A stretch of DNA of 60,583 bases, filler included, from Stramenopiles sp. TOSAG23-2 (lineage: Eukaryota), in the NCBI GenBank assembly GCA_900128395.1. It is 12 parts of 12 records of this genome, joined end to end, with 100 filler letters (N's around TTAATTAATTAA, not from the genome) between each part and the next. Parts side by side here need not be neighbours in the genome. Positions count along the whole stretch, not along the records: positions 29,356 to 35,537 come from LT650506.1; positions 35,638 to 41,811 come from LT650507.1; positions 41,912 to 48,078 come from LT650508.1; 9 more parts are not named here. One strand, written 5' to 3'. The position numbers and the translations under genes are program-made. Positions 34,001 through 44,186 of the stretch are shown here, in pieces; position 1 is the first letter of the stretch, and each line of letters opens with the position of its first letter. The notes below the pieces were generated by a model that saw only the letters and a program-made list of their open reading frames with translations, was not told the origin of the DNA and did no database searches.

Positions 34001-34277
34001 TACTCGTACTTTTATTAAATTATTTTTTTATCAATTTTTTTATGCATCAGTATATTAAACATATACGAGTATATTATTCTCTTACTCTCATATATTATTA
34101 TAAATTTCTTTTACTCCCCCCGAAATATATATGCATATCAGTATATATTAAAATATTAGTTTTAAAAAAATACTGCGTACATTTCATAAAATACTGATAT
34201 ATGATAATCATTACACAGTACAAAATAACACATCATCTCTCTCGCTAAAAACACATCTTCACATCCCAAGATTTTTT

Positions 34278-35537
34278 TTACCTTTTTATTCTAATATTTA
34301 CACCTTTAGGTTCCGTCCAAGTAGACCGGTTACCACCTTTTTTGTGATAATATTTTTTCCCAGAAGTCACATCCAATTGTTCATGCCAGACTTCAACATT
34401 ACTCATACCCATCTTCTTCTTCTTCTTCTTCTTTTTCTTCCTTTTTTCTTCGATATTTGTTACTTGAATATTTACACCTTTTGGTTCTGTCCACGTAGAT
34501 CGATTTTCACCTTTCTTGTGATAATATTTTTTTCCAGAAGTCACATCCAATTGTTCATGCCAAACTTCAAAATGACTACCATCTTCATTATTTTTCTTAC
34601 GGTGTCCTTGCATAGGATTATCGATAGATATCATTTCCATATCCATTTTCTTCTTTTCCTCAACTTTCAACACAGAGGAACTTCTAATTTTCTCCTTCAT
34701 ATTACTTTTACGTGTACTATTTTTCAACAAATTTCGAAAATACACAATTGGTAATAAGAAAAAAACAAAGCAACACAAAACCATAGTGATAAATGACATT
34801 ATTGGAATGACATCATGAGCAAGTGTCTTATTGTCTTGAATTGCCAAGTTTGAACTTAAATATTGGGTCAATGCATATATAAAAGTGCAAAAAAATGTAA
34901 ATAAACGAATAGGAAGTTTCCACATTTCGTCCTGAACAAATGGTTTTGCATATACATATGATATCGAGCAAAATAATGCAAGAAATATATACAAAACTAA
35001 ATAGATATGTATATCATTCTCTGCGAAAATTTCATTACAAATTGCAGCAATGAAAATGACTCCCAACTCAAGTTGTCTAAAATAAAAATAATGTGGAAGA
35101 TAACTATTTTTTAAAAAATATTTCCACATTGGTCGATTATCAAATGCATTCTCCTCTTTTGAATACCAATTGGATACGTATTTATGGCGGACATATATAA
35201 TGACTATGCAACTGATTATCGGAAATAAAATTATATGCAATATTCCTGATACAACACCAATCATGAATGTATGCATATGAATTCCCTTGTAGCATTCAAC
35301 CAAGGAGTTACTAGCAAGAACATAGGTTTTACCTACGGTCGTATTACCTTCCATATGCATTACTGGAACGCAATGTAATATTTTTACAACAAAATTACAC
35401 ACTAAAGTATAACTTATACAAAGTAACAGTGCTCCGCCATGTCGAAACTTATTTAATATTGAAATAGAGCAACATTTACAACAAATAGAACGTACTTTCT
35501 TTACCAAGCTAATTGTTTGAAACATGATGAAAAAAAT
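34278..35537 (-). CDS. Second copy of the TM-WW gene 3' part (allelic or assembly duplicate)
   Basis: Translation is identical to the C-terminal 415 aa of 32234-33844; runs off the contig end. Confidence 0.6.
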   Translation of the reverse strand: MFFIMFQTISLVKKVRSICCKCCSISILNKFRHGGALLLCISYTLVCNFVVKILHCVPVMHMEGNTTVGKTYVLASNSLVECYKGIHMHTFMIGVVSGILHIILFPIISCIVIIYVRHKYVSNWYSKEENAFDNRPMWKYFLKNSYLPHYFYFRQLELGVIFIAAICNEIFAENDIHIYLVLYIFLALFCSISYVYAKPFVQDEMWKLPIRLFTFFCTFIYALTQYLSSNLAIQDNKTLAHDVIPIMSFITMVLCCFVFFLLPIVYFRNLLKNSTRKSNMKEKIRSSSVLKVEEKKKMDMEMISIDNPMQGHRKKNNEDGSHFEVWHEQLDVTSGKKYYHKKGENRSTWTEPKGVNIQVTNIEEKRKKKKKKKKKMGMSNVEVWHEQLDVTSGKKYYHKKGGNRSTWTEPKGVNIRIKR

Positions 35538-36052
35538 NNNNNNNNNNNNNNNNNNNNNNNNNNNNNNNNNNNNNNNNNNNNTTAATTAATTAANNNNNNN
35601 NNNNNNNNNNNNNNNNNNNNNNNNNNNNNNNNNNNNNCTTATTTATTAGAACACAATATTGTGCCATATTTGCCTGTTAGAGCCTCCTCTCTTCTCTCTG
35701 GTTTTGCCCCTAATTTCACAAAGAATAGCTGCTGGATAGCATTATCATACAGGTGCTGTTCACTTTTCCCACGGTCCAACATTTTGGATGCTGGTGTGTT
35801 GGTCATTAACCAGATTACCAGCATCAAATAACATTACACATCATGTGCTCATGGATGATATTTAACAAATATATATTTACAAAAATATAGAGATATGTGT
35901 GCATATATATACCATACAAATTATATAATATATAATATATATATATATATAATCTATAAAAGAAATTAAAAAGATACATACATCTAATAAGAAATTCAAA
36001 AACAATATTAAAACAACAAAACGACAAACAGCAAAACAAGAAACTAGCAAAC

Positions 36053-38656
36053 ATGTCATCAATATTTTCAAATATGTTTGGTGGAAATAGTAATAATAAT
36101 AATAATAATAATGCAAATGCATTGAATACAGTAGAATCGAATACAGAGATTCCAAGCGATGAAATACCACAATCCTTTTTATGTCCACTCACACTTGAGT
36201 TAATGAATGAACCGGTAATAGATCGTGAAGGTAATACATATGAAAAAGCTGCGATCATGGATTGGTTACAAAAAGGAAATACGACTTCACCTCTGACTCG
36301 TAGTGCATTGAAAGCAGATGATTTGACACCAAATCGTGGTATTAAAGAGGCCATTACTGAATTTAAATTGCATAAAGCAGAGGAGGCGAGAAAATATGCA
36401 GAAAAAGAAGATAGTGTAACCAATTACGTTATGTTAAAAGGAAATGGTTCAAACGAAAGCGTAAATATCCAATTAGTATTACAAGATGCCGCAAGTGTCG
36501 ATGGTGTCTCATCGAACAACGATTTATTTTGTTTAGCAACAATTAAAGCATCAATGCTAGAAGAAAAGAGACCACCAATTGATTTATGTTGTGTTATTGA
36601 TGTCTCAGGTTCCATGGGATCTACGGCAACAATTAAAAATGCAAATGGTGCTACAGAATCAAATGGATTGACGGTATTAGATATAGTAAAACATGGTGTA
36701 AAAACCATGATGGAAGTTTTGACATCGGAAGATTCATTGTCAATCGTAGCATATTCGACCGAAGCTCGTGTCGTATGTCCATTGTTAAAAATGGATAGTG
36801 ACGGCAAACGTAAAATTTATGCTGGTTTAGAAAATATGGTACCAACTAATTCAACCAATATATGGGATGGTTTACATAAAGGGATGGAAGTGTTACGTAC
36901 ACGCAATGCAACAACAAATCCTGGCTTTGTCATGTTATTGACGGATGGATTGCCAAATGTTGTTCCACCACGTGGACATATACCAATGTTGAAGCAATAT
37001 TTAGATGCCAACCCAGATTTTGATGTTACAATCAATACATATGGTTTTGGTTACAATTTAGATAGTTCATTGATGAATGATATCGCTACTACTACGAAAG
37101 GGATGTATAGTTTCATTCCAGATCCTGGATTTGTTGGTACCGTTTTTGTTAATTCAATTTCCAATGTTTTATCAACAAGTGCAACAGACGTTAGCTTAGC
37201 ATTAGAGGACGTTGATAGTTCACCATATGAAATAGAACAAGTTTACGGTGATCAAACCCAGATGAAAAAAGCATCATGGGGTGTACATTTAAATATTGGT
37301 AAATTGCAATATGGTCAAGATCGTTCATTTTTAATGCGATTAAAATTGAAAAAAAATCGCCAAGTACCATTGAAACAAATTAACAATGCAAATGGAACGA
37401 ATATGAATTTCATTTCTGCAACATTAAATTTCACACCAGTCCAGGAGGATAAAAAAATGGTGCTTAGGACAGATGAGAATGTATATGGTAATCAGAAAAG
37501 TGCAATTAGCAATCAATTGTATCGTTTATCAATATACGATACTGTTACGGCTGCTATTTCAATTTTATCACCTCCAGGAAATGTCGATCGATATGGTACG
37601 GTTAAAGCAAATTATAATGCGGAAAAATATACAAACGAAGTTGAACCATTAATTGGAAGGCTTACTGAGCTTGCAAAGAGTATGAAACGTTTCAATAATA
37701 CGGACTATTTAGCTGGAATGGAGCAAGATGTCAGTGGTCAAATTGTCATGGGTTTATCTACAAAAGCAGCATTTGTGAAATGGGGAAAACATTTCTTGCT
37801 TTCTTTGATGCGAGCACATTCATTACAACAATGCTTGAACTTTAAAGATCCAGGTGTGCAATTTTATGGTGGAACTTTATTCAATCAACTTCGTGATCTT
37901 GCTGATGATAAGTTCAACAAATTACCACCACCAAAACCACGCCCTGGATATAAAGGTCGCGCAGTTGCATCAATGAGTAGCTACAACAATCGTTATGCAG
38001 GATGTTTCGATGGGGAAGGTAAAGTTACGTTAGCAGATGGTGTTAGTACTAAATTAGTCAAAGATTTAAGAAAAGGCGACGAGGTGTTGACACGCAATGG
38101 TGTGGTTGCAAAGATTGTTTGCATGATACGTACAGAGATGAAAAAATCACAATGTGAAATGGTTCAACTGCAAAATGGTGTGAAATTAACGCCGTGGCAT
38201 CCAGTGTATGTAAATAATGAATGGAAATTTCCAAACGATATTGGTAAATTAATACTATACGATGGTATTGATTACATTTACAACGCTGTTGTAGACAAAG
38301 GACATTCCTTGATGATAAATGGATTACATTGCGTGACACTTGGGCATCACTTGAAAGAAAACAAAGTAGTGGAACATCCATATTTTGGTACAGATTTAGT
38401 ATTAGAAAGTTTGAAAGATGTCGACGCAAATGGATGGGAACAAGGATATATCAATATGAAAGAAGGAGTTCATAAAACATTACGCGATCAAGAGACTGGA
38501 TTAATTGTTGGGATGACAACTTCAAAACCAAAATCAAATATGGCGCAATCTTTTGTCAGCTCAGTTTTTGGTAAGGCAACTACAAATGTTGGAACGAAAT
38601 ACAATGTAGGGTTTATGGAATCAAAAGAAGAACAAAAACAAGAATGTTATGCATAA
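36053..38656 (+). CDS. Vint protein: U-box + vWA + Vwaint + Hint domain
   Basis: U-box IPQSFLCPLTLELMNEPV...GNTYEKAAIMDWL...TSPLTR...LTPNRGIK. vWA MIDAS DVSGS (D183) and LLTDG. Vwaint WGKHFLLSL..AH..QQCLNFKDPGVQFY. Hint starts G|CF (C651, nt 38003) with TPWHP (T713/H716), CVTLGH and HPYFGT. Confidence 0.93.
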   Translation: MSSIFSNMFGGNSNNNNNNNANALNTVESNTEIPSDEIPQSFLCPLTLELMNEPVIDREGNTYEKAAIMDWLQKGNTTSPLTRSALKADDLTPNRGIKEAITEFKLHKAEEARKYAEKEDSVTNYVMLKGNGSNESVNIQLVLQDAASVDGVSSNNDLFCLATIKASMLEEKRPPIDLCCVIDVSGSMGSTATIKNANGATESNGLTVLDIVKHGVKTMMEVLTSEDSLSIVAYSTEARVVCPLLKMDSDGKRKIYAGLENMVPTNSTNIWDGLHKGMEVLRTRNATTNPGFVMLLTDGLPNVVPPRGHIPMLKQYLDANPDFDVTINTYGFGYNLDSSLMNDIATTTKGMYSFIPDPGFVGTVFVNSISNVLSTSATDVSLALEDVDSSPYEIEQVYGDQTQMKKASWGVHLNIGKLQYGQDRSFLMRLKLKKNRQVPLKQINNANGTNMNFISATLNFTPVQEDKKMVLRTDENVYGNQKSAISNQLYRLSIYDTVTAAISILSPPGNVDRYGTVKANYNAEKYTNEVEPLIGRLTELAKSMKRFNNTDYLAGMEQDVSGQIVMGLSTKAAFVKWGKHFLLSLMRAHSLQQCLNFKDPGVQFYGGTLFNQLRDLADDKFNKLPPPKPRPGYKGRAVASMSSYNNRYAGCFDGEGKVTLADGVSTKLVKDLRKGDEVLTRNGVVAKIVCMIRTEMKKSQCEMVQLQNGVKLTPWHPVYVNNEWKFPNDIGKLILYDGIDYIYNAVVDKGHSLMINGLHCVTLGHHLKENKVVEHPYFGTDLVLESLKDVDANGWEQGYINMKEGVHKTLRDQETGLIVGMTTSKPKSNMAQSFVSSVFGKATTNVGTKYNVGFMESKEEQKQECYA

Positions 38657-39154
38657 ACATTTAGCTTAATAAATATCGTACACACGAACTTTGTAAATAT
38701 TATTGTAATCATCATGATAGATATAATAAAGTTTGTGCGAGATATAGTATTTACAAGGAGAGGCGAGAGGGAAGAAGAGAGTGGACTCAAAAAGGAAATT
38801 TTTCCTTTTTGAACCGCTCTAAAATTAAACACGGTGTGTTGATGTTTTTCAAAGATACACACATGACCGCTTGATTTAATTTTTATAATATATAAAAAAA
38901 AAATACGTAAAAAATATTTCGCGTGTTTAACATTTTTTGTACGACGCAATTATATTATTACTCGAGTAGTATACGCTTTTTTAGCTAGTTGGTACATAAT
39001 GCAACACACACGTATACGTAATTTAAAAATACACACTAGATATAACATATACTACCACAAAACAATTTCCTAATTAATCTATAAGCATCTCAAGATGTTA
39101 ATACCGGCTCTAGTATTGAAAAATATTAAATCACCTTTTTCTCCCCCCTCTCTT

Positions 39155-41227
39155 TTACATAAATCGCAATACTTGCCCCATTTGATACAATGTACCAAAT
39201 GGATACCAAACAGTATCCTCAATTTCTAAATCGTAATTTTCATCAACTTTATCAAAATAATTATCATCTTCTTCCTTTTTCTTTTCAGGTTCTTTCGTTT
39301 TTTCACCACTACTTCCCAGTTCACTATTTTCGTTATCACCATCTTCCTCCTTTTTTTCACTTATACTTTGACGTGGCGATTGTTGCTTGCTATTACGACG
39401 ACTTTTAATACTTTCTCCACCATCTTCTTTTTTCTTCTTTTTTTTTGGTTTGTCATATACCATCAACATTGCCGTTTTTATACATGTTTTATTTTTATAA
39501 TATTCAACAACCGCACCTTCACAATCAAGTACGACCATAATTACATCATGATTCGTTACTTGAAATTTCTTAGCCGCGGCACTACTGCTGTTTCCATCTT
39601 TCTTGTCAGTAACAGTAGCTTGAAAAATAACAGCATCTTGAGAATAGCGAGAGGTATTCATGGTTGCAGCTGTACATACACCAATAGATACCCATTGGCC
39701 ATGTTCCAAACCTTGCAATTCCATACGCCAAATATTTCTACCAGAACCAAATCCTAATTCTGAAATTGAAGTTGTTTTCCCTGCAGATGGTCCTACATGT
39801 TTAATTGAACGTCCATTTTCAACAATTTCAAGTTTATTTTCTGTACGGCTTTGATCCCATAATAAAATGCCATGTCCACGTGGTCCACCCGTTAATACTT
39901 CAATTTTACCAACTGTACCATGTGCTGCAATATTAGAACGCAATGATGGATGTCCAAATGAAACTGGTATATCTGTCGTTGCATATAATTCTTGTGCGGT
40001 GAATGTCATACTAGCTTTTTCCAATTCATTGTCTAAACGATGTAAGTATGCATCAATATATCCTAAATCATCCTTGTCCATTGCTTCCTCGCCTCTTTTA
40101 ACTGCTTTTTTTGTAAGTGCTAAGTTATTTTCTGATTCTTTTATTTGTCCTTTGAACGTTTGAATTTTTTGCGTAGTTGTGTGTTTAACTGCTTCTTTTA
40201 ATTCCATCTCGCGTTCATTCAATGCTTCTCTTAATAATTTAAAACGTTTTTCAATACGTTGAATAGCAGATTCATTATTTCTTTTCGTATCTTCCAATGC
40301 CTCGTCGATCATTAAAAGTGCTTTATTAGCTTCCAAAGATCTGTTTTTCGCTTTGTCTAATAAATTTCTTGATTTAATACGACATGCTACTGCTTCTTGT
40401 TTCAATTGCTTTGCTAAATCTTCTTCTTTTAACCAATCTGGTATATCCATCATCGTACAAATATTACGTATTTCTTTTGCTAATTCATCTTGTGCGAAAC
40501 GACCTTCAAGACCTTCCGCTGAGATTAAACCTTCATTGATCGCAGCATTTACAAGAACAGTTTCATCACCATGCAATTTATCAATTTCTGCTTCTATTTC
40601 TTTCGTAGCTTCTTCCGCTGTATCGCCTTCGATTCGATATTTCATTTGTTGTCCTCTTAAATCTTTCAACTTACGTTGTCGTAATGCCTCACGTTCATAA
40701 AATTCTTTATCACTATTTTTACGTAATTCATCAGCCGCCTCTAGCTCATCTATTCTTTCATCAAATTCATCTTTATACGCTTCTGGATTTGGTAATCCCA
40801 TATCTGTATACGCTGCTACCGGTTTGTTTCCTATTTTCTGATTTATTGCAGATGATTGACGATTTCCCATAATAGACGAACGGTTTGTTGACGATGACGA
40901 TGATGATAATAATAACGACTCTCGATTATTATTATTATTTATTATTTCACCACCATCTCCTGTTGTTGTTGAAAGTGGACGTTTTATTTTATCATTATTT
41001 ACATTATTACTTCCACCCTCGCCTTCAAGTATTGTAGGCGCACCACCATTTATACTACTTTTACTAGTAACAGATTCTTTTGAATGTCCTTCCAATTCTA
41101 ATAAGGATAAAGCACTATTTACACCATTTTTTGTATTATTATTTTTAACTATTGCTGAGGTAGAAGATGTTGGATTTGTAGAGGATGTTGTAGAAGGGGA
41201 TGATAATATCGATGAACCGCCATCCAT
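39155..41227 (-). CDS. Coiled-coil (BBC-like) + SPRY/B30.2 domain protein
   Basis: TRIM-like coiled coil IEKRFKLLREALNEREMELKEAV. SPRY-like GFGSGRNIWRMEL...WVSIGVC...DVIMVVLDCE...YYKN...WYPFGTL. Confidence 0.75.
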   Translation of the reverse strand: MDGGSSILSSPSTTSSTNPTSSTSAIVKNNNTKNGVNSALSLLELEGHSKESVTSKSSINGGAPTILEGEGGSNNVNNDKIKRPLSTTTGDGGEIINNNNNRESLLLSSSSSSTNRSSIMGNRQSSAINQKIGNKPVAAYTDMGLPNPEAYKDEFDERIDELEAADELRKNSDKEFYEREALRQRKLKDLRGQQMKYRIEGDTAEEATKEIEAEIDKLHGDETVLVNAAINEGLISAEGLEGRFAQDELAKEIRNICTMMDIPDWLKEEDLAKQLKQEAVACRIKSRNLLDKAKNRSLEANKALLMIDEALEDTKRNNESAIQRIEKRFKLLREALNEREMELKEAVKHTTTQKIQTFKGQIKESENNLALTKKAVKRGEEAMDKDDLGYIDAYLHRLDNELEKASMTFTAQELYATTDIPVSFGHPSLRSNIAAHGTVGKIEVLTGGPRGHGILLWDQSRTENKLEIVENGRSIKHVGPSAGKTTSISELGFGSGRNIWRMELQGLEHGQWVSIGVCTAATMNTSRYSQDAVIFQATVTDKKDGNSSSAAAKKFQVTNHDVIMVVLDCEGAVVEYYKNKTCIKTAMLMVYDKPKKKKKKEDGGESIKSRRNSKQQSPRQSISEKKEEDGDNENSELGSSGEKTKEPEKKKEEDDNYFDKVDENYDLEIEDTVWYPFGTLYQMGQVLRFM

Positions 41228-41911
41228 TCTGTTACAATCTATCTATCTCTCTATCTATATATATATACAATTATTTATTTATTGATATAAGTATACGCAC
41301 ACATGTATATAGATGGACCTAGTATATTTGCTTCACCACAAACAAAACTGTTGGTATAACTATATATTCTATATACCGTTGTGATGGAGCAATAATATTA
41401 TATATGTATATATATATAATATTTATTATTGCGCGAAATTTAAAATGTATAGAATGTAGATGTGGGAAGGATGTTCGCAAAATATTATTATTATATTCGT
41501 ACTGTATCGGTACAAATGGGTGTATATAATTACCTATCTCTCCTGTACTATTTTTTCAATAATATTTTTTTGTAATTTGTTGTTTTGTTGTAGCTGAAAG
41601 TGGCATATTTTAATAATTAATAGCATGGCGATATCATTAAGAGTATGTGAACGTTGGACAAAGCAGCTACGCGATAATATATAATTAAGCCACGAAGGTT
41701 CAACAATAAAATAATAAAATATTAGAGATAGAAACACCATACACACACGTATATATATACACAGGATATATATATATATATATATACCAAGAACAAGTAT
41801 CTACATAATGCNNNNNNNNNNNNNNNNNNNNNNNNNNNNNNNNNNNNNNNNNNNNTTAATTAATTAANNNNNNNNNNNNNNNNNNNNNNNNNNNNNNNNN
41901 NNNNNNNNNNN

Positions 41912-42793
41912 GATGGGGAGGGAAGACCAATAGCTGATCGTACGGAGATGAGGCGCAATGCAGGTTATCGTATACAACGTGGTGGTTTAATGTCAATTGA
42001 TCAAGGAAATGCAAATTCACCTGGTGCACCAATGTATTTATCTGGATCCATGGGAAAATATTTTTATAAAGAAGATGCAAATAATAATAATAATAATGGA
42101 AAAGGAGGAAATAATAATAATAATAGCAATAATAATGAAAAGAATGAAATAAAAAAATCACCAATACGTGCTAATTTAAATCGCCATCCAATATCTGATT
42201 TTTTAGACGCATATCAAAATCAAGATATAGAATTACAGCAATCATCTTTCATTCAAAGCAATAATACATCGTATCGCCCAGTTCGTGCTAGAGTTGTCAA
42301 ACGAAATAAACGGCGTGTTGCCAATGCACAAAAATTATTGGATATGGAAGAAAAACCAGCGAAATTATTACCAAATGATGTTAGATACAATGATGAAGAG
42401 ATGATCATGCGTAAAGTTGTACAAAATCATGAAGCGTTGCCTGAACCGGAGATGTTACCATCTTCAAATGCAAGATTAGATCAAGAAAAAGGTAGTTTAT
42501 CTTTAATGAATTCGATACCATCCTATGAAATGTCATCATGGCCAAAAGGATTAAAATTTGAAGAGGAAACGGAGGAAGTAAAAGAAATTTTCAATTCACC
42601 ATTTCGAGGATTTGCAACTACACCATCTGATGAAGGTAGTATGGACTCAGAGCAAAGGCAAGAATTATTAACACAATATTCCTCAATCCGACAACCATTG
42701 CAAAAATCATTTGCATTTGAACCAAATGCAAATGATAGTTCGTATGATAAATTTATTGATGCAGCTAGAAGTTCTATGTTTATTGAAGCTTAA
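41912..42793 (+). CDS. Hypothetical low-complexity protein (5' partial)
   Basis: Frame is open from the contig edge; poly-Asn tract; coding-like composition. Confidence 0.65.
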   Translation, partial: DGEGRPIADRTEMRRNAGYRIQRGGLMSIDQGNANSPGAPMYLSGSMGKYFYKEDANNNNNNGKGGNNNNNSNNNEKNEIKKSPIRANLNRHPISDFLDAYQNQDIELQQSSFIQSNNTSYRPVRARVVKRNKRRVANAQKLLDMEEKPAKLLPNDVRYNDEEMIMRKVVQNHEALPEPEMLPSSNARLDQEKGSLSLMNSIPSYEMSSWPKGLKFEEETEEVKEIFNSPFRGFATTPSDEGSMDSEQRQELLTQYSSIRQPLQKSFAFEPNANDSSYDKFIDAARSSMFIEA

Positions 42794-43124
42794 AGAGCGA
42801 GCGAGCGAGCGAGCGAGCGAGAGAGAGAGAGAGAGAGACGGATGTTATATTGAACATAATTTGTTGTCCAACCTTAACTTCTTCAATAAATAACACTACA
42901 CAGTATTGAAATATAATATATTATAAAATCTTTTTTTTCTATATATATATATCCATATAGCAAAACCATAAGTTATATTCAATACAATATCAGAAGAGAA
43001 TTAAAAAAGAACATATTCATCAAGAGATTATTCGGCATAATTTATATAACACAGGAAAAAATATTGATTTATACTGTTTTTTAAATATATATATTTAAAT
43101 AAACATTGTGCGTAAAAAACAAAT

Positions 43125-43979
43125 ATGGCTCCATATGATTCTGTACAACATTTAAAATCCATGAAATCATTAAATATTGCTGATATGTATTCTGTCAAAG
43201 GTAAAGTATGTCTTGTAACTGGAGGTTCAAGAGGTATTGGTATGATGATAGCAAAAGGTTTTGTTGAAAATGGTGCAAAAGTGTATATTGCTTCACGTAA
43301 AAAAGAAGTATGTGACCAAGTAGCAGCTGAATTGAATAGAATTGGACCTGGAACTGCAGTTGGTATTGCTGCTAATTTAACGTCGGATGAAGCTTGCAAA
43401 GCTTTAGCTACGGAAATAGGCAAAATGGAAGACAAGCTTGATGTCTTGGTTAACAATGCAGGTGCAACATGGGGTGATTCATTTGATAATTTTCCAGAGG
43501 CAGCATGGGAAAAAGTATTTACTCTTAATGTTTACAGTATTTGGCATTTAACCCGTGCATTTACACCAATGCTGAAAAAAGCATCTAATGGTAACTTAGA
43601 CCCAGCGCATGTTATTAACGTTTCAAGTGTTGGTGGCGCATTTGGTATTGATTCACCATTTTCAAACAATCCATCATATCTTACATCAAAAGCAGCATGC
43701 AATAAATTGACGAAAACATTAGCAGCATATTTAGTAAAAGATGGTATTAATGTCAATTGCATTGGACCTGGTGTTTTCGAATCTAAAATGACATTCGATT
43801 ATCAATTAAAAGATGACGAGTTAGCAGATATTGCAAATAAAAGCTACCCAGTCGGAAGATATGGAAATGAAACAGACATGGCATCATTAGCTATTTATTT
43901 ATCTTCAAAAGCCAGTGCATTTATGACTGGGGGTATATTTTATTTGGATGGTGGTTCCTTGAGCATCAGTAGAATGTAA
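43125..43979 (+). CDS. Classical short-chain dehydrogenase/reductase (RhlG-like), possible PTS1 (SRM)
   Basis: TGGSRGIG, LVNNAG, catalytic YLTSK, VNCIGPG. Confidence 0.92.
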   Translation: MAPYDSVQHLKSMKSLNIADMYSVKGKVCLVTGGSRGIGMMIAKGFVENGAKVYIASRKKEVCDQVAAELNRIGPGTAVGIAANLTSDEACKALATEIGKMEDKLDVLVNNAGATWGDSFDNFPEAAWEKVFTLNVYSIWHLTRAFTPMLKKASNGNLDPAHVINVSSVGGAFGIDSPFSNNPSYLTSKAACNKLTKTLAAYLVKDGINVNCIGPGVFESKMTFDYQLKDDELADIANKSYPVGRYGNETDMASLAIYLSSKASAFMTGGIFYLDGGSLSISRM

Positions 43980-44186
43980 CAGTATGTGTCTGTTTTGTAT
44001 TATCTGGTACACATATATTTAGTGTGTGTGTGTGTGTAATGTGCGTAAATAATACGTATAAATATAATATATATTTACGAGCGAGTATGTCATTTATTAT
44101 ACGTTCGTAATATACATTCATATTAATATTTTATTTTTAAATATTTTTTCTTCGTTTTCGTTCTTTATGGCCCCATCATTTTTTAT

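Noticed and set aside
32234-35537. Genuine tandem gene duplication
   Set aside because: Identical coding sequence, the first copy is truncated at the junction and the second ends at the contig edge. Haplotype or graph artefact is more likely.
38645-38656. CaaX prenylation motif at the Vint C-terminus (ECYA)
   Set aside because: Cys is third from the end, not fourth.
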